This document shows, piece by piece, positions 22,671-34,105 of a DNA stretch of 64,000 nt. Origin of the DNA: Savitreella phatthalungensis (lineage: Eukaryota); assembly GCA_051599415.1 (NCBI GenBank), contig AP039693.1, positions 124,001 to 188,000 on the forward strand. Direction: 5' to 3'. The translations under genes were made by a program, and so were the position numbers. The notes under the pieces were generated by a model, which made no database searches, was not told the DNA's origin, and saw only the letters and a list, made by a program, of their open reading frames with translations. Numbering within the stretch: position 1 is the stretch's first letter; every line of letters begins with the position of its first letter.

Positions 22671-24581
22671 ATGTTGACTCGACACAGGGCGCTCTTCAAG
22701 GCGCCAGGCCATAGAAGAGCCTATACCCCTCATTCTTCAGAATTCACCCGCGGGAGTCCACTCAGGCTTCCAGAGACACTAGAGAAACCGCGCCCGCCAC
22801 GCTCACCGCGTCGTCGTGGAAGAACCCTGAGAGTACTCGGCATCGCAGCTGCAGGACTTGGTGTCGGGTATTTGGTCGATCGCGAGGTCTATGCGTCCTC
22901 GCTCGCGCGTTCAGCGCGGACCTTCTGGCTCGGCATCGTCACGGCGACCGACTACAAGCTTAACTTCCGGGAGAACCCGATACTTGGCGGTACCATCTCA
23001 GACCTTCACCATCGATCAGCAGAGCGTCTCTTCAACCTCCTCAGAGAAAATGGTGGCCTCTACCTCAAGATCGGCCAAGCGATCGCTATGCAGTCTGCAG
23101 TTCTCCCACCTGAGTTCCAAAAGATGTTCGCTCGCATGTTCGACGACGCCCCTCAGAACTCGTGGGCGGATGTCGACAAGGTGATCCGGGAAGACTTTGG
23201 TGGTCGATCGCCGGAGGAGGTGTTTGGTGTCTCCCTCAACGGGGACGACCCCTCACGGGGCGTGATGGAAACGGAGGCGCGTGCGTCTGCGTCGGTTGCG
23301 CAGGTTCATTGGGCTCGACTGGCAGACGGTCGGGAGGTTGCGATCAAGGTGCAGAAGCGGGAGATTGCAAAGCAGGTCGCGTGGGACCTGTGGGCATTCA
23401 AGGTCGTCACCTGGGTATACACCAAGGCGTTCGACCTCCCTTTCTACACCCTCGTCCCGTACATCTCAGAGCGTCTCATGCTCGAGACAGATTTTGAAAA
23501 CGAGGCACGCAACGGCACGCGTATGGCAGAACTTGTTGCCTCGGAACCGCGCCTTAGAGACAGAGTGTACATTCCACAGGTCATCCCGGAACTCTCCTCT
23601 CGACGCGTCATGGTCACCGAGTGGATCGAGGGCGTCAGGCTCTGGGATAAGGAGCAACTCACGGGTAAGTGGCGAGGTGGCTGGCGACAGGGCAGTCCTG
23701 GCTGTGATGGCACCCCGCTAGATGCTCAACCGAGTCTCGGTCAGCACAAGCCTGACCGGGACGCATGGAAGGGTCGCGATGGCGAGGGTGGTCTAGGTGT
23801 TTCATTGAAAGAGGTCATGACCACCATGGTTGATCTGTTCTCTGCACAGATGTTCCTCTGGGGTCTTGTACACTGCGACCCACATCCAGGCAACATCTTT
23901 GTCCGTCGTAAACGCAACGGTCACTCTCAGCTAGTCCTGATCGACCACGGCCTTTACATCAACATGAGTACGCATTTCCGCCATCAATACTGCGAGTTCT
24001 GGAAAGCGCTCATGACTTTCGACAATGCCCGCATCACTGAAATCACGCACGACTGGGGGATCAACGCACCAGATATCTTCGCATCCGCAACACTCATGAG
24101 ACCGTACTCTGGCGGCGACGGATCGACCCAGTCGCGACTGACAGCCGAGTTGAAGGGCAAAACGAAGGCTGCGCGACAGTATGAGATGCAGCAGCGGATG
24201 CGCCAGGGCATGCGTGAGATGCTGTCAGACGAGAAGCGCTGGCCTCGGGAGCTCATCTTCATCGGTCGCAATATGCGGATTGTTCAAGGCAACAACCAGT
24301 TCCTCGGAAGTCCCGTCAACCGCATCAAGATGACCGGCATGTGGGCCTCCAGATCTCTCGTCGACTCACCAGACCTGACATTCTGGCAGCGAGTCCAACA
24401 CGGTTTTAACCACGCATTGTTCCGACTCGTGCTCCTCGGCAGTGACGTCGTCTTCTACACCTCCAAAGTCAGGCAGTGGATGGGCTTCGGCAAAGGCATG
24501 GAAGATGACCTCGAGAGGCAGATGCAAGGAATGGCCAAAGACATGGGAATCGAGCTCAATCACGGAGTCTTTGAAGGCTAG
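22671..24581 (+). CDS. ABC1/ADCK atypical kinase, mitochondrial (ADCK1/Mcp2-like)
   Basis: GGLYLKIGQ, ASASVAQVH, VAIKVQK, VHCDPHPGN and LIDHGLY. Likely ATG at 22671 gives an Arg-rich presequence. Confidence 0.9.
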   Translation: MLTRHRALFKAPGHRRAYTPHSSEFTRGSPLRLPETLEKPRPPRSPRRRGRTLRVLGIAAAGLGVGYLVDREVYASSLARSARTFWLGIVTATDYKLNFRENPILGGTISDLHHRSAERLFNLLRENGGLYLKIGQAIAMQSAVLPPEFQKMFARMFDDAPQNSWADVDKVIREDFGGRSPEEVFGVSLNGDDPSRGVMETEARASASVAQVHWARLADGREVAIKVQKREIAKQVAWDLWAFKVVTWVYTKAFDLPFYTLVPYISERLMLETDFENEARNGTRMAELVASEPRLRDRVYIPQVIPELSSRRVMVTEWIEGVRLWDKEQLTGKWRGGWRQGSPGCDGTPLDAQPSLGQHKPDRDAWKGRDGEGGLGVSLKEVMTTMVDLFSAQMFLWGLVHCDPHPGNIFVRRKRNGHSQLVLIDHGLYINMSTHFRHQYCEFWKALMTFDNARITEITHDWGINAPDIFASATLMRPYSGGDGSTQSRLTAELKGKTKAARQYEMQQRMRQGMREMLSDEKRWPRELIFIGRNMRIVQGNNQFLGSPVNRIKMTGMWASRSLVDSPDLTFWQRVQHGFNHALFRLVLLGSDVVFYTSKVRQWMGFGKGMEDDLERQMQGMAKDMGIELNHGVFEG

Positions 24582-24914
24582 CGAAACGTTCCCTTGTGTC
24601 ACGTCCTTCAGACCGCTACAGCCACACATAGCCCTGTGGTGTCTTCATGTACATGTACAATACATTAGATTGATGTGCCACCCGTTTGATCCCATTGAGT
24701 GATGGTTGATCGCTCGGCTCTATGCTTCTCAGTGTTTTGCTACTGCGTTCTATTGTCCGGCAGCGTACAGTATAAAAGGAATGTTGTTGATTGGATTTCA
24801 TCTCAAGCACCCTTGACCACACCACTCAAACATATTCTTCCCTCCCTGAAGTATCGATAGTATCTCTTATCTTGAGCAGAGCGCTGTCTAGACGCCAGTC
24901 ACTTGTCCCGTGTC

Positions 24915-26686
24915 ATGTCTCATCGCCAGGACTCCCACGTCCACGCGGCTCGCTCCGCCATGGGCATCTCTCGAGATTTGTCGTCAGCAAGCAGCTCTGC
25001 TTCGCGTCTTTTCTCTTCTTCTGACACTCACTCTATCGCCGAATCAACCATGTCAGGCATCAAGTATCCTGTACGCGTCGGCACTCGTCCACACCGAGAT
25101 CCCGAACGTGATTCTTTCCTCCGTGGCGGCACCCAATTCCACAGCTTCAAGCGACCTGAAAAGTAAGCACTCCTTTGGCACCATGCCTTTGAATCGAGCT
25201 TTCCTCGCTAACCTTCAACAGGGACACAGGCTATAATCGATTTGTGCAGGCATTCAAGCGAAAGCTCGTTCCAGGAAGTCTCGCTCGTACGCGATCTGCT
25301 CGAACGCTTCGTGCAGACTCATCACCTTTTGACACCACCGCACCACTTAACTACAGCTCTTCCTTGCGCTCCGCTCAATCCACCCGATCTCACTCGACCC
25401 CGGTCACTGCAAAGATTCCGCTGCCGGGGTCCCGTCGTACCACGATCTCCAGCTCACGCACGCCATCGACCAATCCGCCGCCGAGCTACCGCTCAACGAC
25501 CAATCGATCCCACGCCTATCATGCTCGTTCGACCTCCAACTTCAGCTTCGCCACTGCTGCCTCGTCACTCGATGATCAGTGGCGTCCAGACAGCGTATCG
25601 TGTATCGTCGAGCCCCCGATCGCTGTCACTGAAGAGGTTGATCCACTGGACTTGCTTGGCATCACTGTCAGTGAAGCCGAGAAGGCGTGGCAATCCGAAC
25701 AAGAAAAGAATATGAAAGCAAGTCCCATCAAACTGGCGCGGAAGCCGCCAATCGAGGCTTTGTCGCCGAAGAAGCGAGATTTGGATCCCGAGATGTCGCC
25801 AATTCGTGTGGCTTTGGACCGTCTTGCAAGTGCAGCTTTATTCGATGAGACACTAAACGAATGGTCGTCCAGCTTGACGGCGACGTTGAGCAACATGAGC
25901 AAGATTGCAGAAGAAGAGGAGTGTGTAGGCAGTCACTGCGGCAACAGCACCACTTCATCAGACGCACATCGAATCACAGTCGAGCAGTACATGCGAGCGC
26001 ACTCACAGCCACGTCCTCTATTCGTTGTCAACCCTGACGAAACCCGTCGATCACTGTCGACCTCGACTCACTCGTTCACGGGCTGTGCTGGCGGACCGGA
26101 GAACGAGCTCGATCCTGCATTTGACACGATCTTCGAGGAGGACTCGATCCTATCTTCTACTCGCAAGATGCCTGATGAAACCCGGGAGTTACATTACAGT
26201 GCTTTGCCGGATAACACTAAACCGGCAACAACCGTCTTGCCTCTTCAACCGCTAGTCAATCGCAATGCCACATCCAGCCTCAGCTTGAAGGCTACACATT
26301 TCCTTCGCAATGAGTCCTCCACGTCACTAGTGCCGAAGACGAAAGAGCAACGCAACTTTAGCAACGAGCTTGCAGATCAACGAATGCTTGCGCAGCGGTC
26401 GACCTCCCAGCGCGTCCATGCTCAGAGTCGGGAAGATCTACTTTCACAGCAGCCCACGCAGCAGCCGCAACGAAGGTACGGGAGCAATGTTACTCGAGGT
26501 GGCGTCCGTGCGCTTACACAGCAATTCGAAGCACGTGTTGCATCGACCTCATCTACAGCCTCCTCTCGATACATTCCACAAGCAAGACTACCAGGAGGGA
26601 AAGGCAGGCGGGAAGTAAGTGATGGTAGATTGGCGGCAGCTGTGGAGCGCAAATATGGTCCTGTGCATCCGGTAGACAATTGTTGA
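24915..26686 (+). CDS. Hypothetical Ser/Thr-rich disordered protein; 2 exons
   Basis: Exon 1 (24915-25162) plus intron 25163-25221 (GTAAGC...GCTAAC...CAG) joins in frame to the 480-codon ORF, giving 570 aa. TATAAAA at 24771. Confidence 0.65.
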
Positions 26687-27369
26687 ATCGTAGAGCGTAG
26701 TCAATCACTGCATTCTTGGCAACAATGGATGTTATCGATGACGTGAGAGAGGCGTCTACCGATCATCTTCGTTATACGAACATTCTTTCGACTTTACACA
26801 TTTCTCGTGACGTATTTGTAAAGTACGTAGACCTATCTATCTGATCCGGTGGAGAGCAACAAGTGAGATGACGCGACTTGATTTCCAATTTAGATACTCT
26901 AGATCTGAACTCGATCGATCTCAGATCTCAGACGAGTGAAAGCAGATGCTGAAGTAGAAAAGAAGATAAATGCAATTTAGATCAGATCTTGCCGATCTAC
27001 GTACGTAAATTACGTGGAGAAATGAATTCAGACTCGCGATTTCTGACTTTAAATTGACATCTGATCAAATCCCATGAAAGTCTGATCTGCCTAATTCATA
27101 TACTGTATCTGACCATCCTCCAAAAGATGAATGATGAGGTGGAGGAGGCGGTGGCCACTTTCCTCGTACTCGGCACGCGTAACCTTAAATCACCTCGTCA
27201 CAGATCCCCAAAACAGTCGTAGACTCTCAAGGTCGATCAGTCGAGATTAGCTACTCTCACAAGATGCATCACGTCACTCAACCATATGACCACGTCAAAC
27301 ATCTATGGATAGCATATATAAACCCCGCATCCTAATTGTGTAAACATTTCCTTTATATTCAATACTATC

Positions 27370-27639
27370 ATGTCTGACTCGTACGTTGAAGCTGAAGACG
27401 TTACCAAGGGCCGCACGACGGCTAGCGACCCACAGGCCGGATCTGACGACCCTGTCCCTGTTGTCGATGAGGGTGAGGAGACGAAGCTTGAGGATGGTGA
27501 CGCTGCACTGGAGAAGGACGATGTGGAGGGCATCTCGAAGGACAACATCATCTCGGAAGAGTCGGAAGTCGGTCAGCGTGACAAGCTCACGGGATCACTG
27601 CGCGAGCCAGATGATGAGGAGGGTCTCGAGCGCGAGTAA
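27370..27639 (+). CDS. Small acidic protein (89 aa) resembling fungal CHZ-like acidic small proteins
   Basis: TATATAAA at 27315-27322, good ATG context, coding-like codon use, and motif ISKDNII...SLREPDDEEGL. Confidence 0.65.
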   Translation: MSDSYVEAEDVTKGRTTASDPQAGSDDPVPVVDEGEETKLEDGDAALEKDDVEGISKDNIISEESEVGQRDKLTGSLREPDDEEGLERE

Positions 27640-27870
27640 ATTATCCTAAGCTCCCACCATACAACAATCCCTAATCAAGCACCTAATTAGTAGCTATGCT
27701 CTCACCTCTGCCAGTCATACACACGCGTCAGGCTGTGCACGTGCGAGTAGAGCGACAACTGTAACGTTACACAATCCAAATCACATGAACCCCGTCATCA
27801 AGGAGTTATTCCTGTTTACTTCCTTGTGCTTCTCCAACCTTGTGTTGTACATGAGAGTGACCGTTGTGAG

Positions 27871-28320
27871 CTAGTCGAGGTACTTATTGATTTCTGCATC
27901 CTCATCATCCTGTTCTCGTGTCTCGATTGCTCGCTTGATTTCCCTCTGTCGCCTGCGTGCTTTGGCTCCCCAGTCGAACGGATCATCTGAGGTTGGATCT
28001 TCCGGCTTGATGGTTCCGTCTGGTGCCAAAGTCGGATCCTTCTCCCACGCAGGCAGATCGACGGCGATCGGTGTAGGTCCCTTGCCCTGACCGGTCGCTC
28101 GATCACGCAGCTTCGACATGACCTTCTCCAGCAGCGGTCTCACAATGAGCGCATACGCTCCAATGATCGCAATAATCCGGATATAGTCACGAACACCGTA
28201 CTTGGAAAAGTACGCACGTGGTGACACATTCCCAATCCCACCAGACCACGTCCACTCAGGGTCAAGTTGCTGGATGGTCGACTCTACCTGATGGATCAGC
28301 CACTCTTTGACGGAGTCCAT
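27871..28320 (-). CDS. PGA2: Protein trafficking Pga2 family protein
   Basis: DYIRIIAIIGAYALIVRP transmembrane segment, FDWGAKARRRQR and acidic end DDEDAEINKYLD are typical of Pga2. Confidence 0.75.
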   Translation of the reverse strand: MDSVKEWLIHQVESTIQQLDPEWTWSGGIGNVSPRAYFSKYGVRDYIRIIAIIGAYALIVRPLLEKVMSKLRDRATGQGKGPTPIAVDLPAWEKDPTLAPDGTIKPEDPTSDDPFDWGAKARRRQREIKRAIETREQDDEDAEINKYLD

Positions 28321-28835
28321 TTGAGGGAAAGGTTCCGGGTGAAGCACAGAGGAAGCGTTTTCAGAAGGTTCTCTGCACTTGTACTGCAACTTTGATTGAT
28401 GTAGATTGACGTCAGAGGAGATGCCGGTACAATGATTACTCTGTGGTCGTTGCTGTTGCTGTTGTTTGCTCCTGGGCTATAACGTGTTGTTGTCCAGAGC
28501 ACTCTTTGGAATCGTGCATATTGGTTTGACTTACAAGATTGATTCACCCTGAATGCAGAAAATAGTCCTGAAAACTTTTTGACTAATTATCGAACACCAA
28601 ATTTGTGCATTCGCGAGTGATTTGTAGTTTGAAGGTCGACTTGCACATGGAGCTAAGTTGATCAGATATTGATTGTGTACGTCACAGCTGGCAATCCAAT
28701 ATTCTGAGGCATGCAGGCTAAGCGATTGAGAGTAGCAGCGGAGTGAAACTAGAGTTGGCCACATCACGTTCACGTGAAAAGCAAGAGTCATATCTCTCAC
28801 ACATACACATATACATACACACACACTATAGAAGC

Positions 28836-28866
28836 GCAGCAGCAGCAACAACAGCAGCAGCAGCAA
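28836..28866. repeat. (CAG/CAA)n microsatellite
   Basis: About 10 CAG/CAA units upstream of the CSR1-like gene. Confidence 0.7.
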
Positions 28867-29197
28867 CTCTCCTACACCAAGTACACTACCACTACACCTA
28901 GCTACACAAGCATCTCTCTCTTTCCTCAATCTCACGCCAAGTCACATCTTCTTCAACCTCAAATTCCACTTCCATCCACGATCAAACTCCATTTCCATCC
29001 TCACTTCCATATCTCATCCGGATCTAGCCAGCATTCTAGGCTAAGGACACACACCCTTGCGCATGCTAAGGGCCTTCCTATCTGCACGAATCAACTATAG
29101 ACTCACACTCTGCGCAGCTGCCGTCTACTGCTCACGTGAAGACATCATCCCTCCAATCTCCTCCAGGGCACTCACATACGAGAACCAGCTTCTGAAT

Positions 29198-30640
29198 ATG
29201 CCTCTTGCTCCAGGCCGCGTAGGCAGCTTGAGCGATGAGGAGCGGGAAAAGCTCAGAGAGATGTGGGCTGCAACGATGAAACTCTTCGGCAAGGCACAAT
29301 CGTCCGAACTAGACCGCGTTGAAAGTGAGGTCGAGCACCATCAGTCATCCTCTTCCTCGCGAAACGAATCTTCCACCGCCGTTGCCTCAGCCATCGAGCC
29401 AAAAAAGCGCGGTAGACTAGCTCGCATGCTCACCCGCAACAACTCTGCAGCCTCGGATGTCGGTAGCGTTAACTCCACTGACACACTTCCTGCCAAGCAG
29501 CAACCACCAGACGCTTCCATGGCCGCCTCCACAAACGACGATCTATCAAACTCCTTATCTTCCCTCGATCTCGACGACAAATACGGCCAATCGGCAGAAT
29601 TCAAGAAAGCACTCGCCTCAAACACCCCACAGCAGCTCCACGACAGTTTCTGGAGCATGGTCAAGGCCGATCATCCGGACGCCCTTCTACTCCGCTTTCT
29701 GAGAGCTCGGAAGTGGGACGTGGCAAAAGCACTGATCATGATGGTGTCAACGATGCGGTGGCGTGGTCCGATCGAGTGCGGCGGGATGGATGTTGAAGGA
29801 ATCATGCAAAAGGGTGAGCTCGGATTCCTTGAAGCTGGCGACGATGAATTCATGCTGCAGCTACGTAAGGGCAAGTCAATAATCCACGGCACCGACCTCG
29901 AAGGCCGTCCTGTCTGTATTGTGAGATCAAGATTCCACAGGCCCGCAGAACAATCGCAGGAAACCATGGAGAAGTACACCGTCCATATCATGGAAACCTG
30001 CAGACTCATGCTCCGTGGCCCTGTCGACACAGCCACCATCGTCTTCGACCTCACAAACATCGAGGCCAAGTACATGGATCTCGGACCAGTCAGATTCATC
30101 ATCAAATGTTTCGAGGCACACTACCCGGAATCCCTGGGCACCGCATGCGTCTACGGTGCTCCATGGTTCTTTAGACCTGTATGGGCTGTCGTCAAGGGTC
30201 TGTTGGATCCTGTGGTGGCTCAGAAGATCAAGTTTGCAAATTCGCAAGACGAGCTGGCGGAGCTTCTGCCACGTGCAGAGATCATCAAGGAGCTCGGCGG
30301 CGAACGCGAATGGGAATACACCTACATTGAGCCTTCGAAAGAGGAGAACGCGAAGATGACCGACACAGCGACGCGGGATCGTCTGCTCGCAGACCGCGCA
30401 AAAATTGTCGAAAAGTATGAAGAGGCTACGAGGAAGTGGGCACTCTCTCGTGATCACCACGACGACAAGGCTATTCTCCAGCAGCGCGACACCCTGGCCA
30501 AAGAGCTCGAGTCAGACTACTGGCGACTGGACCCCTACGTCCGTGCAAAGACACACTATGACCGCGTGGGCTATATCGAGCACGACGGCAAGTACAATCC
30601 ACGGGCCTCGTTCAAGGAGTCCGAGAAGTCCGACGCATGA
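29198..30640 (+). CDS. CSR1: CRAL-TRIO/Sec14-family phosphatidylinositol transfer protein (Csr1/Sfh2-like)
   Basis: DHPDALLLRFLRARKWDV, GTDLEGRPV, FEAHYPESLG, LLDPVVAQKIKF and YWRLDPYVRA. Likely start MPLAPGRVGSL at 29198. Confidence 0.85.
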   Translation: MPLAPGRVGSLSDEEREKLREMWAATMKLFGKAQSSELDRVESEVEHHQSSSSSRNESSTAVASAIEPKKRGRLARMLTRNNSAASDVGSVNSTDTLPAKQQPPDASMAASTNDDLSNSLSSLDLDDKYGQSAEFKKALASNTPQQLHDSFWSMVKADHPDALLLRFLRARKWDVAKALIMMVSTMRWRGPIECGGMDVEGIMQKGELGFLEAGDDEFMLQLRKGKSIIHGTDLEGRPVCIVRSRFHRPAEQSQETMEKYTVHIMETCRLMLRGPVDTATIVFDLTNIEAKYMDLGPVRFIIKCFEAHYPESLGTACVYGAPWFFRPVWAVVKGLLDPVVAQKIKFANSQDELAELLPRAEIIKELGGEREWEYTYIEPSKEENAKMTDTATRDRLLADRAKIVEKYEEATRKWALSRDHHDDKAILQQRDTLAKELESDYWRLDPYVRAKTHYDRVGYIEHDGKYNPRASFKESEKSDA

Positions 30641-30745
30641 GCACCTGCCTCTGACGCTCGAGGAATGTATATATATTTACAAGCATGCATGAGACCTCGG
30701 AGCGAGCCTAGCTAGATCACCTACCCAAGCAGTCAGAAAAAGAAC

Positions 30746-31738
30746 TTAATGACCAAGAGCAGCTTCCTGATCGACAGCGTGTCCTCCATGTCCCTCAGCC
30801 AGCTCATCATAAATCTCGTCCCAGCACCTGCCCCTGCCACCATCCGTGTCGTTGTTGATTGGGTCCATCGGACTCGGGAAGTACTGCCTGTACGCTAGCC
30901 AGGCTGCTGCAAGTCCCACAACGGCTCCAACGACGACGTCAGACGTATGATGACGGTGATCGGCGACGCGAGACGCCGCGATATACACCGCCAGCCAGAG
31001 CGGTCCCAGGCACAAGAACGTTCTCCACATCCTCGGTCTCCTCAACTGCCCACCGACCCCCACACCGCCATGCGTATGCCGATGCGGAGGCGGCGCGACC
31101 AACCCGACCTGCCCACCCAACCACAGCGCACCAAACCCTAGCCCTGCAAAGGCGGAGGACGAATGTCCTGAAGGAAACGACCTGAACCCTTCATCGAGCG
31201 TCTTGTGGACCTCATCGTTGAACGTCCTGCAGACGGTGACGTCGACCGGGTAGGTGGTCGATGTGCCAGGCATCACATCACACCGAGACAGCATATCAGG
31301 ACGAGGTCTGCCGACGGCGTTCTTGACAACGCTCGTCGCAAACACCGCCAGCGCACCGGACGCACACAGCCCCAGGAGCGATGCGTGGAGGCGTGTGCGC
31401 GTGCGCGAGCGCCCCTTGGCTGGGGGAGGTGGGGAGACGCCTGAGCGAGGTGGGGTACGACGTCGATCGCCCGTGTGGGGTGATGGGAGGGGGTGGTAGG
31501 GTGTAGGTGGGTGAACGAGGTGGATAGCAGCGCATCCGAGTAAGATTCCGCACCCAGGCACCACGTAAGCGAGCACCAGCAGCAGCCACAGCGGAACGCG
31601 CTCCCGCAGCGCGAACGGGAACGAGATCGTACGGTCGTCAGCGTAGAATAACTGGTACGACGGAGACACTAAGTGCTCCAACGCCAAAAACACACCCAGA
31701 GAAAGCACGACCACCAGCCAATCCAAGCGATAGCCCAT
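30746..31738 (-). CDS. PAP2 lipid phosphate phosphatase (Dpp1/Lpp1-like)
   Basis: Catalytic motifs KNAVGRPRP, SFPSGHSS and SRVADHRHHTSDV, with multiple transmembrane helices. Start uncertain. Confidence 0.88.
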   Translation of the reverse strand: MGYRLDWLVVVLSLGVFLALEHLVSPSYQLFYADDRTISFPFALRERVPLWLLLVLAYVVPGCGILLGCAAIHLVHPPTPYHPLPSPHTGDRRRTPPRSGVSPPPPAKGRSRTRTRLHASLLGLCASGALAVFATSVVKNAVGRPRPDMLSRCDVMPGTSTTYPVDVTVCRTFNDEVHKTLDEGFRSFPSGHSSSAFAGLGFGALWLGGQVGLVAPPPHRHTHGGVGVGGQLRRPRMWRTFLCLGPLWLAVYIAASRVADHRHHTSDVVVGAVVGLAAAWLAYRQYFPSPMDPINNDTDGGRGRCWDEIYDELAEGHGGHAVDQEAALGH

Positions 31739-32297
31739 CGCTGCCGTCACGGGGATGTCGTTTGGGTGTGAGACTCGGGAAGATGAAGTAGTCAAAAAGG
31801 CACGTGGGGTGAGGGTGTTTGTCTAGAATGTGATCGAGGACCAAGCACGTGCTTGTTGCGAATCTCTGATCGATGGTGTACAGGAATGTAATGGAACTTG
31901 ACCAATGAGAGACAGTCGCCCCACAACGTCATCGACGGAATTTCCCCATGCCTGAAATGGAAGCTATATCAGACAGGCTCAAATCCGAAACGTAATCATT
32001 CCACCTCACTCAGATACAGATCGTCCAAAGTCGATATAATTCTACCGTCGCACCAAGCCAGAGTGTCATTTGATTGGATCTAGGTTGAGAGGAAAGCACG
32101 TTTCTTGATCTGGTGGCATTGCCTACTGGTGTAGGGGAGTGATCGACCACTTGCCGCTGCCGAATTCCCTCTGCTTCTGTCTCGTTTTGCGCAGTTGCGG
32201 GAGAACGAGAAAGTCGCTTGGCCTTCCCTCAGCACCCCCGATCGCTCTCATAAGACGCGTACTAATCCCACCTCGACAACACCAATCTAATAAAACA

Positions 32298-32966
32298 ATG
32301 GCAGGCAGCGGAGACAACAGGGACGAGATCATCTCTCAGTTCTTCGAGTATGTGAACGTGAGCAAGTCTGAGCTCGAGGCTTGGTTGAAGACGTCTGAGT
32401 CTAAGGAGGCCGGATGGACTGGTTCTGACGGTGGTGATGGTGAGTCTGTTGGTCACGAGAGCGGTCGAGAGATTGTATCGATCCTGTCTAGTGGGACGTC
32501 TGCAGCGGACGCGTCAAAGTTCTCTGAGGACGAGGTCGCTCACATGAAGAAGGTGAACGCGTACTGCAAGAGACACCTCGCTCAGGAAGGCAAACTTGCA
32601 GACTCAAAGTCAGAAGACGAACTCAAGAAGACAAAGTCGTACAGGAGTCTCAAGAACTGGGGACATGATCTTCTAAAGGCAAAGAACGGAAACGGGAGCG
32701 GACCCCAGGCAGGCGACAAGCGTAGTGCCGATGATGCAGAGGCGTCTGACGACAAGGACGCCAAGAAGGCCAAGGCCGATGACGAGGAGGAGGGCGATGA
32801 CGAAGAGGAAGATGAGGAGTACGAGGAGGGTGATGAGGATGATGAGGAAGGTGAGGATGGTGAGGAAGGTGAGGAGGATGATGAGGAGGAGGAGTACGAG
32901 GAGGAAGATGACGAGGAAGGAGACGATGATGAGGAGGAGGAAGGCGAGAACGGCAAGGATGACTAG
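32298..32966 (+). CDS. DUF3140-family protein with long Asp/Glu-rich tail
   Basis: F.EYVNV..SELEAWL...S...G...ESVGHESGREIV...HMKKV.AY.KRHLAQ...SLKNWGHD matches DUF3140. The last ~55 aa are almost all D/E. Confidence 0.8.
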   Translation: MAGSGDNRDEIISQFFEYVNVSKSELEAWLKTSESKEAGWTGSDGGDGESVGHESGREIVSILSSGTSAADASKFSEDEVAHMKKVNAYCKRHLAQEGKLADSKSEDELKKTKSYRSLKNWGHDLLKAKNGNGSGPQAGDKRSADDAEASDDKDAKKAKADDEEEGDDEEEDEEYEEGDEDDEEGEDGEEGEEDDEEEEYEEEDDEEGDDDEEEEGENGKDD

Positions 32967-33136
32967 ACTTTCGACTGTTAGTCACTCCCATTCCGACATA
33001 TAATCCAGGTTGTGTAATACAGGCAGGGCTTTTCAACTCCGTCATCTTTTGGTAGATCCTATCCTAGATCCTAAAATTTACCCCCATACGTCTAGTCAAG
33101 TACATCGGACAATCCCGCGCTCGTCACGTGCCGTGA

Positions 33137-34105
33137 CTAGTCTCCTGGTGATCCTGCCATATCGACGTCTGCATCAGCTGTGGCGGATGGCGTGGTGGTA
33201 TTGAGAGGTCCTAATTCCTTGAAGGATCCTGATTTCTCGACGTAGAGCTGGAGAGAATCCCTGACGACGCTTTTTGCGTCCTTCTCAATCTGCATGCCTT
33301 CTTTGAGCGCGTAGACGGCATCAAAGTCGAGCGCATTTAGTCTCCGCCACGCGACGTCGGCGATCCAATCTGACGGGAGAGGTACCATGTTTGGCACGCT
33401 CCACATCATTGTGACCCTATTGCAGCCCGGGTTGACGAGCAGGGTGTCGCCTGTGAGGAGGAACTTGTGGCGTTTGGAGACAAGCACCGCAGAGCCATCG
33501 AAGTGTCCACCGATTCTGACCATCTCGAGATCGTCTGTGATCCTCCGTCGATCGCCAGAGATGAGCTCGTGCCGGGGACTAGCACGCATCACCCACGCCT
33601 GGTCCACACCAAAGATATAGATCGGGCATGCAAACTCGTCCGCCCATTCGACCGCGGCAGAGTAGAAGTGCGGGTGTGAGATGGCGATGGCACCAAGACC
33701 GCCTTGCAGGTGGATCCAGTCGGTCGTGTCGATGTCGAGCAGGGTGATGCAGTCCCAGAGGACGTTTGGGTGTCCGTGGTCTCCCTTGACGAAGAGTGCA
33801 CGCTGGCCGATGGCGAATTGTGGTACTGTGGTGATGGAGAAGAGCTTGCGACTGCGAAGTTCGCGGATGATGTTTGAGTGTTTCCCACCCCGTCGTAGTT
33901 CACCGAGTGTCGTCCAGGCCTGACCTGTGGGTGGAACGAATTGTCTCGGATCCTCACAGATCTTGCATTTGTTATTCAGGGTGGAGATTTCGGCAGTGTC
34001 ATACTGCGTCCCGCACGTCACGCATATTAGAAGTTGAAGTCCAGCTTGCGAGAGCGCCTGAGCAAAGAGACCGAATACTAAAGATCCGTGACCGAGTGTG
34101 GCCAT
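33137..34105 (-). CDS. Metallo-beta-lactamase-fold hydrolase with N-terminal CxxC...CxxC
   Basis: ICVTCGTQY...CKICEDPRQFVP, FAIGQRA, NVLWDC, IAISHPHFY, GGHFDGS and LTGD. Confidence 0.8.
   Translation of the reverse strand: MATLGHGSLVFGLFAQALSQAGLQLLICVTCGTQYDTAEISTLNNKCKICEDPRQFVPPTGQAWTTLGELRRGGKHSNIIRELRSRKLFSITTVPQFAIGQRALFVKGDHGHPNVLWDCITLLDIDTTDWIHLQGGLGAIAISHPHFYSAAVEWADEFACPIYIFGVDQAWVMRASPRHELISGDRRRITDDLEMVRIGGHFDGSAVLVSKRHKFLLTGDTLLVNPGCNRVTMMWSVPNMVPLPSDWIADVAWRRLNALDFDAVYALKEGMQIEKDAKSVVRDSLQLYVEKSGSFKELGPLNTTTPSATADADVDMAGSPGD

Noticed and set aside
32582..33045. Poly-Ser and Pro/His-rich minus-strand ORFs
   Set aside because: Antisense reading of the GAG/GAT/GAC acidic tail of the DUF3140 gene.
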